The translations under genes were made by a program, and so were the position numbers. Of a stretch of 56,404 bases of DNA, positions 46,768 to 56,404 are shown piece after piece. Location of the stretch: assembly GCA_032718475.1 (NCBI GenBank), contig JAUCBJ010006963.1, positions 1 through 56,404 on the forward strand. Reading direction: 5' to 3'. Source of the stretch: Nemertoderma westbladi. Its lineage: Eukaryota; Animalia; Xenacoelomorpha. How positions within the stretch are numbered: the first letter of the stretch is position 1; each line of letters begins with the position of its first letter. The notes beneath the pieces were generated by a model. The model did no database searches. It was not told the DNA's origin and was given only the letters and a program-made list of their open reading frames with translations.

Positions 46768-49700
46768 GGGCAATCAGGGGCATTAAGGGTCGGAGGCATT
46801 AAGGGTTGCCATTTATTTTAATGGTTATTGTGGTACTGCACTTTATAAAATTTATTTGGCTATGACATCTTAGCATCTGGTATGAAAACTAATTTCACAG
46901 TTTTGTATCAAATGATAGTCCAAAAAAACGAAAATAATCAGAGCTACATAATTCCTTAGGGTAAAGTTTAGGGTGAAATGTATGTTGAAACTTTTCTTCA
47001 CTGTGTACATCATATTAATTGCTTAACATTTTTTTTTAGTTGTGGCCTATATTGTATATATACCTATATGAGAATGGTATTGAGTCACAAAAAGTGTGGA
47101 AAACTGAAAATATAATTGGTTTTTATCTAAATTTTGTATTTATCAACTTATCTGGCATATTTTACCTTTTTGGGGGCATTAAGGGTCATAAATTCATGTA
47201 GTCCTAGGGGAATTTGTGCAGGTAACAGGGTAAACTTTGTCAGTTTGTTATGCTACACACTTGTAGAATATGGAACAATATACAATACTATATTTATTTA
47301 GCATATCAATTCAATACTGGAAGGCTCTGCAGCCTATATCAGTATATATATATATATATTCTACTACCAGTCAATTCTAGAATTGTGCTCTAACCTTTAC
47401 TGTTTAGTCTTCTAGTAGGCCTACCCAGATCCATCCTGCCCCCCTGTCTGCTGGATACTTTATTTAGAGATTGTGAAAGCCCTTTAAATACATAGCAATG
47501 ATAGCATAGCTTACAATATTATATATATAATGGTGAAACATTATAAGAAACGCAAAGCTAAAGGATGCACCAGAGGAAATGATGTTGAGAAAGGTAAGCT
47601 GGGCGAATCACCCTAGGATTATTAAAGCATTAGTCAAACCAACCCGAATTCATCCATATGGGAATTAGCTGTAGTCCAGTCAGTTCCATTTAGTGTGTTC
47701 CAGAAAAGATCTTCTGGCTGGTAAGGTATCTGTGGATGCTACAGTGGGCCGCAAAACTGTTCTAGATAAGAAGGTGGAAGAATGTTTCACTAAAGCATGC
47801 ATTGTATCTCAATCATGGGGATATCCCCTAACTCTGTGTGAATTGCAGGACGCAGTTGAGTTCTACGTGAATGAACAGGGGGATGATTCACCACCTACTC
47901 CATTTATTGATGGACAGCCAAGCAAGGAATGGGTGGAGTCGTTTATGATTGGACATCTGGAGCTGAGCATCAGAAAAATGGAACAGTTGTCCAAGGCTAG
48001 AGGACTGGCCATTACATGTAAATTGATAAACGGGTACTACATTGAGTTAGAAAAGATAATTGATAAGCTAAATTTGAAGGATAAGCCAGCCCAGATTTTT
48101 AATGTTGATGAAACTGGATTTTCAACAGATCCTAAGACACAAAGGTTATAGCAAAGAATGGTTCTAAGAACGTGAACCAATCTATTGGAGGAAGTGGTCG
48201 CGAGCAGTGGACTGTCAATGGTTGTGCCAGTGCATCTGGACTGATTCTTCCACCACAGATTTGTTATAAGGGTATAAACTTTTCACCTTCAATGGTTATC
48301 CCGGTACAACGTTTGGAATGTCTGATACTGGCTGGATGAATTACTTACTGTTCTTAGGTTGGTTCAAGTTCTTCGTGAAATCAATTCCTCCAGCAAATTC
48401 TTGTTAATTTTAGATGGGCACACCTCACATTTTAGTGTTCAACTGATAAAACTTGCAATTACCAATGATATTCACATATTCAAAATCCCTCCACATGCTA
48501 CCCATTTCCTCCAACAACCTCTTGATCAATGTGTCTATGGTCCCTTTAAAAGGGGTTGGATGAAAATCTTGCGTAAGCATGTGAGATAGACTGGATCAAA
48601 GAGGCTTCGAAAGGAAGACTTCATATGACTTATTGAAGAACTATGGACAAACTACCTTACACCAGCCATTAGCATTTCTGGCTTTGATAAGCTACTGGTA
48701 TATATCCCTTTAATCCCCACCATCTCCCAGAAAGTATTCATAGTCAAAGTGTCCCATTTACAACAGTCCTAGAATCAGAATCACTGGTCAATTCACCTCC
48801 CACTACCCCCATTGTTCCATGAGACACTTCTACCAGATCTTCCATAACTGCACTGATTACATGTACTACATCCATCACTGCCCCTGTCGCCATCACTACC
48901 CGAAACACCTTTAAAATCGGTTTCAGTACACCCACTTGGCAATTTTTTGAAATTGTACATTATATACTGCTGTACTGGTATATATAATATATATACCAAT
49001 TGAGGGAAAGGAGCAGGTTACAGATGCAGGCTTTTCTAACCAAAACAATAAATGATCACTTTACTAATTGAGGGAAAGGAGCAGGTTACAGAGGTGGGCT
49101 TTTCTAGCCAAAACCATAAATGATCACTTTATCTTTCCTCTGAGCAAGGTGGATGGAAACCGATTTGAGCCCCAAACATTGCACCTGTCACCATCACTAC
49201 CCCAAACACTGTACCAGTCACCATCACTACCCCAAACACTGCACCTGTCACCACAACTACCCCAAACACGACTGCTCCTGTCACCATCACTACTCCTACC
49301 ACAACACTGCCCATGACACCATCACCCACCATTGTAGTTACACCAACAAAAAAAGTTGTGAATGCCTTAAGGAATGCCTTGTTTGGTGGTATAAAACCAA
49401 AAGTAGTACAAAGCGAACCAATAGCAACAAAAATATCTACAGGTCAAGTGGATATGAGGTATGGGGAGGTAATTACGACTAGTGAGGCATTAGAAAGGGC
49501 AAAGGAACTGGCCGAAAGTAGATAACTAAAAACGAGGAAACCGAAGAAGAAATCCACAACAGCAAAGAACCAAAAGAGAAAAAACTGATAATCAGTCAAA
49601 TGCTTCTACATCAGCTGGAACATCAACATCAGCTCTCCCCATCCCTCTTATACAGAACGCCGATGAAGGCGAAGAAGATGATGATATTGACATCAACAGA

Positions 49701-50131
49701 TGCAGTACATGTGATGCCCATTTCTCTGCATCAGACTTCTGTAACACCGTCAGTTTTGACTACTGTGCGCGGTGGTTTCACAATCGATGCATGGAGTTCG
49801 CTGATGTTCACGGCAATCTAGAATGTCAAGATTTTAAGTGCGACTTCTGTTATGAGGACGAAGTTTAGGCAAATAAACTATTTTACAAACAAACTTTACC
49901 ACAGTAAAAACTGTAACAAACTATTAGGCTAACAAACAATTTACTCAGTATTAAAGTTTTTAAAAAACCTGATAAAATGGCCAAATGGGCTAATGGGCAC
50001 TAAGCGTTATTAGGAACTTTTTACAAATAGATTTTTAACCACAATAAGAAAAAAACCTCATCAAATTAGCATAATAGGAACACATAAAAGCGTATATAAT
50101 AAAGTGTGACCCTTAATGCCCCCGTTTGTCC
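46768..50131 (+). mobile_element. pogo/Tigger-like (Tc1/mariner superfamily) DNA transposon, decayed
   Basis: TIRs GGGCAATCAGGGGCATTAAGGGTC / GACCCTTAATGCCCCCGTTTGTCC with TA on both sides; the empty-site paralogue has a single TA. Confidence 0.88.
47530..49868 (+). pseudogene. pogo-family transposase with frameshifts and stops (CENP-B-type HTH, DDE_1 domain, C-terminal PHD-like finger)
   Basis: PSKEWVESF, IFNVDETGF, LLILDGHTSH, PPHATHFLQ(Q)PLD, and CARWFHNRC...KCDFC near the end. Confidence 0.8.
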
Positions 50132-51959
50132 TAATTAAGACTGAAATCAAGTGGAGGCAGAGTGGATATGGATAAGTACCTAATATGTACTGTTGCCGGC
50201 ATTACCTGAAGTATTAGCAGGTACAGCTCCATTTGCAGTTCAACATTCTGGTTGGCCTAGTCTTTTGAAGTTAAAAAGTTGTTATTTATATTTCCCACCA
50301 TGGAGGATTTGGGTTGGTAAATAAGGAACTGCTTGCTACCCACAGTCTAACAGTTAATAATTACAGTACATACATAGTTTTGCAATCAAATGTTATTTGT
50401 TTGGACTATGTATTTGTGCGGGGTCTTGCATTGTCAAAAATTAGAAAAGTTGTTTCTTTGTGATTTTAGGCCATTTCAGACACTTCTAGCACTGGGAAAA
50501 GTCATATTTCAAAAACAATTTCCTTCTAAGTGAATTAATTTTACATAGTTTTGTAAAAAATGTTGTTTGTTTGAACTAATTGTGCAGGGGTCATGCATTA
50601 TCAGAAATTGGGAAAGTGATGTTTTTTGAGGTTTTAGGCAATTTCACACATTTCTAACATAGGGAAAAGTTACATTTCCAAATTTGTTTCTTCTATCAAC
50701 CCTAGTATACACGTAGGTAGGCCTTGCTTGATACACCAATGTAATCCTGACCTAATTCATTTTTAAGTTATACTTTTATAGAAGCATCGATAATACCTTC
50801 ATGTTTAAACTAAACTAATTTATCATTTTTTTCATGATAAATAATTCGGCCAAAAGGTTACCTGCTACCTCTATCACTATCAGATAAACTTTGTAGACTA
50901 TCATCAAAGCCAAATTGATGCAGTGCACAGAACACTCACATGAGGATGCAAATCATAATTTGGCCCCACCACAACTTCTTCAACTTCAATGATTCCAGTA
51001 TTATTCGACTTTATCACTCCTGGATTTACAGGGTTAATTGCTTGAGAATTCCCATCATTACTCCAGGATTCGATATATTTATCAATTTGTATGGTTATCC
51101 TGGATTATTGCTAGATAATATTCTGGATTTATCGATAGACAATTCTAAGAGTTTATTACTACAACACTGTCCTGATTCATCTCTTCATGATTTGCATCAT
51201 AGCGGATTCGCTATGATTATATCACTCCAGGTTTTTCTGCATTCATTGCTCCAGCTCCTGGATTCAACATTCCAGGATTTGCTATGTTAATTGATCCAAT
51301 ATTCATTGCGTTTAGGCCTATCACATTATCCCAGTACATTAATCCAGGGTTCACAGCGTTCATTGGTTCGTGCACATCATTATTATCCACCATATTAATG
51401 ATATCACCACAGTGTTTAGGCCCAGTTGTAACAATATAAAACCAGAAAAGCCAAAGTCCAGATTAAGCGTGCAACTGTTCTGTAGTTTTATACAATTCGG
51501 TCTCTGGAAATGTACGATCATGCCAGTCACTCAATGATACGCATGTTGATCTATTTCACTGATACTAGTAGTATCAGTACAATAGGCCTAGTTTTTAAAA
51601 AAATATCTACACCCTTAGCCACAGATCAGCTAATTTATCATCATTTTGTATTAGTTTAACCCATGTACCACCCCCTAGTTTTTAATTGATTTAATTTGGC
51701 CCTTCTGGTCCACCATAGATAAGTCCATGGTATCCAGAGAGGGGCGAAACTGGACGCAATACAAATTCATCCCAATCCAGGGGAAATTTGATGCATCTGT
51801 AACCTGCTCTATTGTGTTTAGTTTATTGTTTTGGTTAAAATAAGTGCCACTGTAACCTGCTCCTTACCCTAAATTGAGAAGTTAACATTGAGGCGGGATA
51901 TTAATTCGCCAAGATGGGATTTGCGTCCAGTTTCCACCCTGTCTCCCGGTATCAAATAG

Positions 51960-52330
51960 TTGATGGTGTTTATGAGTTTATGGGTACACTTCAGGAAATA
52001 AATAATTGAAATCGCTTCACTGGCTGTCGATAGAGAAGCTTGTTGATTTTAAAATAGCTTGTCTCTTAAAAAAGTGTATTGATGGTACAGCTCCGAGTTA
52101 TTTAATAACTGAGGTTTAGCAACAGGAGCTAACCCCGGGTGCTTAGGTCTTAATCGACAATTTATCCCTTAACAAAAACTCATACTGTAGACTGCAAAAA
52201 GTTTCTCGGCGTATGGCCCTAAGTTATGGAATTCCTTCCCGACTTCACTGAGATCTGCTGAAAGTCCTTTGGAGTACTGAAGAGGGAAATATGGAAATTA
52301 ATCTACTTAGTTTCTGTCTAAAGAATTGAT
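51960..52330 (+). mobile_element. L2/CR1-group LINE 3' fragment
   Basis: KSFSAYGPKLWNSFPTSLRSAES matches the typical ORF2 C-terminal WN.LP motif. Confidence 0.55.
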
Positions 52331-53155
52331 AAATATTTGTTGCCAAATTAATAAATCTTCACCACAACCCACGCACATCAAATTAATTTAGTGACAGCTC
52401 AAAACAACTTTAATTTACTAGAATAACTATAATTATTACCCTGTTGTTTTTCTGGTTATTTTGCCGGAGGGGAAATTTATAATATTATAACTTGCTCCGA
52501 GGGTAAAACAATCGGAACAACAACAAAACAACAGGGTAATAATTAAGTTGTTATACAATTTTATAACAATATTCCTTCTTCAAAACAACACAAGCTAAAC
52601 TAACACTTCTAAAAGGGTTTTGTTTGGGGGAGAATAAAGAAAATGGGGCCTGGCATTTTGTGGTTACAAACTTAAAACAATTAACTAGTTTTCGTGTTGT
52701 TTAGTGACAGCACCCGGCAGTTCTAGTATAAAGAATGCACGGATACATCATGCACCACCCTCTGTCAAAACGATATAAATCCGGCCTGGCGTGTGGAGCG
52801 AGCCACAAAGTTCACATGAGCCTTAGCATAGCGGTACAATTAGTGAACAGTCTGTCGTCGTCGAAAATGTATAAACGTTAATAAATCGGTCAATCATTGA
52901 TGAAATGGAAACAAACTTGGTACACATGTAGTCTATCACAGGTTTAGAAATTCAACACACAGAAATACTTCTATAGTTCCTCTGTCTGTCGCTGGGGGGC
53001 GAATTGACAGAAAAGTAAAAGTAGATGTAATTATAAAAACCAACCATCCGATTCCGGTTTGTAAATATAACAACAATATTATGCTATAAAGCAAAATCAA
53101 AACCAATGTCTTACAAAAAGAAAATTTTTCTTTTACGAATTTTCGACTCGACATG

Positions 53156-53219
53156 AGTCTTATTCATGTATTTATTTCCAATGAATCATATTTATGGAAA
53201 TAAATACATGAATAAGACT
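53156..53219. repeat. Perfect 25-bp inverted repeat with 14-nt spacer
   Basis: AGTCTTATTCATGTATTTATTTCCA ... TGGAAATAAATACATGAATAAGACT. Confidence 0.9.
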
Positions 53220-53224
53220 GACTG

Positions 53225-53990
53225 CTCAGCCCTCTCCAGCCGACCACACCGACTTAGATCCTGACGCCTTCAGGGACAATCTTGCGTTGTGGTATGGCTT
53301 AACGCCGCCAGGCCTCCCGTCGAACTGCGAGGGATGTGGAGCTCCATTTACAACCACCCACACCCTTAACTGTAAACACGGGGGCCTTATAATAAAGCGG
53401 CACGACGAATTGCGCGAGGTGTATGGTGACCTTATCTCTTCTGCTTTCAGTGGATCTTGCGTCCAACGTGAAGTGACCCTCTCCACCGGTTATCTGGACG
53501 GATGTGGGCGGGAGGTTGGAGGAGTGAGGGCCGATCTTTTGGCGCGTGGAGTCTGGGCCAATCAGAGGGTGGCGTCTTTTGATATCACGATTGTAAACGC
53601 CGACGCCCCCTCTTATACCAACAGGTCCATTGACTCCGTTCTAGAACAAAGGGTACGCGCCAAGAAGACAAGACGCATTACAGTGCAGTCTGTGAGGAGA
53701 GGAGGATTTCTTTTACTCCCCTCGTTGGCACAACGGATGGTGTCTGGTGCAAGGAGGCCGAGATTTTTATTTGGCACCTAGCTGAGACGCTTGTGGCCAG
53801 ACGTGATGGGATGCGTTCCCGTGGCTTTGCATTGGGGATGGGTGGAGTTCGGAGACGACTCCAGTTCGGGCTGCTACGCTCCAACTCGCTATGCCTGCGC
53901 GGTGGCCGAAGACCTTGGAGAGCCTTAGGTTTCGGGGATGGCGCTGGCCTATGGGGTAAAGACCTCCCCAACTCCTATTAAATCGGCAAT
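53225..53990 (+). mobile_element. 5'-truncated CRE-clade (restriction-like endonuclease) non-LTR retrotransposon
   Basis: AFRDNLALWYG, CEGCG...H.LNC..GG..IKRHDELR (CCHC plus RHD), RADLLARGVW...FDITIVN.DAPSY; after a frameshift FTPLV.T.DG and LLRSNSLCLRG.R. Confidence 0.8.
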
Positions 53991-54164
53991 CACCAAATAA
54001 CTAACTCAGTAACTCAATTACAGTACTATTATATATAATTATAATATTAATATATTATTGATTTTATTAATCATATTATTAATACAAGAAATATATATAG
54101 AAAGTTGCAAAAATAATATTAGAGATTAATTAATTTTAAACTATATAACTTTGTTATTTTTCAG

Positions 54165-54786
54165 ATGAAAATGCTGAAGATGCAGGACTGAGCAAGAAAT
54201 TCGCCGTGTGCTGAGGGAGGTTTTAAACAATCTGCAGTCAGATATTGGTATAAGAAGTGAGAGATTTCGAGAAGTTGATAATAGGTTTGGGTTTCTTCTT
54301 GATATTCCCGCTCTGTTTAGTAAAAACTTTAACAAGGAAATAGTACTTAATCAATGCAGAGATTTTGCTTCGTTTTATAATGATGACGTCACAGCTAATG
54401 AACTATTTCAAGATATTCTAGACTGTAGAATGATATTCAATAATAGAGAGGATATCCCACTAAATCCTGAGAACCTTCTGTCTCATATTATAAGGAATGG
54501 AAAGGACTCTCTGCCAACATTGCGAACGGCTTTAGTGGTGGTATTAACAATTGCTGTAAGGATAGCTTCTTGCGAAAGAACTTTTATTAAACTTAAGCTG
54601 ATTAAGAACTACCTTCGCAGTTCAATGTCCAAAGAATGGCTAACAAACCTGGCTATACTTTTTATTTTTATTATATTATATTTATACTTTATATTATATT
54701 ATTTTTATTTTTTTTTTTTGGGGGGGGGGGGGGGCGAAAATGTTGTTAGTTGCCCCTGGGCGCATGAAACCCTCGGCACGCCACTG
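54165..54786 (+). mobile_element. hAT transposon 3' fragment with dimerisation domain and right terminus
   Basis: LTIAVRIASCERTFIKLKLIKNYLRSSMSKEWLTNLAIL; ends ...GGCACGCCACTG (CAGTGGCGT on minus). Confidence 0.8.
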
Positions 54787-54831
54787 GTCTGGTCTGGAAA
54801 GTCAACCATGTGCTGCTTAGCAACAATAAGT

Positions 54832-56253
54832 AAATTCTGCAAATCACATTCATTGGTGGTATGAGGATCTTTTAGGTATCACACAGGTTTTAGGATATGT
54901 GCCACACCCACACCCCTCTCTGCAAGGTCGTTTATAGGGGATAGATATTTCAGCTTCGACTTTGCCTCAATGAATCCAGTGTTCTTATACAATCTTGCTT
55001 ATTGGCAAAATAAATAAATTTAAGCCACAGACTAACAGAGCCACTCTGTAGCCAGATTATATTCACATCCTGTGGTCTATTCTTGGTTGAAAGAAAGAAG
55101 GGCCTTGGCAATTTCAGCTTTCTCTGTTATTGGAGTTTTATTGTCAAACAATGCTAAGACCACTATCACCAACTCACCGGATATGTACCACGGGTGTCTC
55201 AATAGTACAGCATTGCAATTATGATAGAACTCCTGATCAAATGAAGCATGGTTAACTGGCGTTTCTGAAAGTAATATATCATTGGCAGGAGCATTCAATA
55301 AGTCAGGGGCATTAAACCGCAATGGTGAACAAAAATCTTCACAGCCCAAATGTTGAAACTCACGAATACCCTTCTTCACAGTAGCATCCATCTCTAATTG
55401 ATGGAAGAATAGCTCTATCATGATAGAATATCGCAACTTCGACATCAACATGGTGCTGAAATTTTACACCAGCGGGTGGAGTTCCTCCAAAGTATATGAT
55501 TGTCAAATGATTAAGTCTTTATAATCTCCCCTTGGTTGAGCTGGAGCATCTGGATCTGGATGTATGAGACTTTCCATATATACCTTAGAGGAATTCCACC
55601 AGGTGGTGTAAAATTTCAGTGACCAGGAACTTATAACACACCAGGTGGATGATGAAGTTGCGTATTCCTTCATGCTAGAGCTATTCTTCCATCAATTAGA
55701 GATGGATGCCACTGTGAAAAAGGTATTCATGAGTTCAACATTTGGGTTGTGAAGATTTATGTTCTCCATTGTTTTAATTTAATGCCCCTGATTTATTAAT
55801 GCCTCTGCTAAGCCAATGATATATCACTCTCAGAAATGCTAATTAACCATGCTTCATTTGATCATGATATCTATCATATTTGCAATGATGTACTATTGAG
55901 ACACCAGTGGTACATATCCGATGAGTTTAGTGGTCTTAGCATTGTTTGACAATAAAACCCCAATAACAGTTAAAGCTAAAATTGCTAAGGCTCTTCTTTC
56001 AACTAAGAATAGACCACAGGATGTGTATATAATCTGGATACAGAGTGGCTCTGCCAGTCTGTGGCTTAAACTTATTTATATTGCTGATAAGGAATATTAT
56101 ATAAGAATCCTGGATTCATTGCGGCAAAGTCGAAGCTGAAACATCTATCCCCTATAAACGACCTTGCAGAGATGGGTGGGGGTGTGGAACATGCGATATG
56201 ATACCTAAATGATCCTCGAACCACGAATGAGCATGATTTGCAGAATTTGCTTG
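54832..56253. repeat. Foldback: two ~670-bp diverged inverted arms with ~75-bp spacer, encoding transposase-like (possibly hATm) C-terminal remnants
   Basis: 54832-55499 is the reverse complement of ~55576-56253. Both arms encode RH(P/Q)WYIS.E..VVLALFDNKTPIT.KA.IAKALL. Confidence 0.75.
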
Positions 56254-56404
56254 CTGCGCATTCTACCGATACGAGCAGTACCGGTAAGCGCAACTACAGC
56301 GATCTTTCACAATTTTCCTCGGTTTCCTCTCCTGACGCAAAACCAACCCCAGTCTGCAGTCCAACCTGCTCCCGCTTGGAGCGCAGTGCCCGAGTCTGTC
56401 CCTG

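Overview
AT-rich eukaryotic (probably invertebrate animal) genomic DNA, almost all transposon-derived, with one recognisable host exon (HRM/hormone-receptor domain of a class B/adhesion GPCR, minus strand, 30313-30512). Positions 45-29165 are a nest of one unusually large BEL/Pao LTR-retrotransposon family on the minus strand. An outer copy is split in its 5' leader, at an 11-bp duplicated site with templated filler, by a ~23.5-kb head-to-tail concatemer: a mini-LTR, an intact 15.9-kb element with a 2695-aa Gag-Pol ORF, and a 5'-truncated element. The main finding is that this family has no TGG-type tRNA primer-binding site. The 12-14 nt abutting the 5' LTR are instead perfectly complementary to a conserved motif inside its own LTR, in the right geometry to prime minus-strand synthesis, and 11 nt of that sequence are retained at an LTR-LTR junction. 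This suggests Tf1-like self-priming in a BEL/Pao element. The rest of the window holds an intact Kolobok/MULE-like DDE transposase, a decayed pogo element with its empty site visible nearby, a P-like non-autonomous element, RTE, CRE and L2 LINE fragments, hAT fragments, a foldback, minisatellites and a hammerhead-like motif. All calls were made by eye from the sequence and ORF track; no database searches were run.
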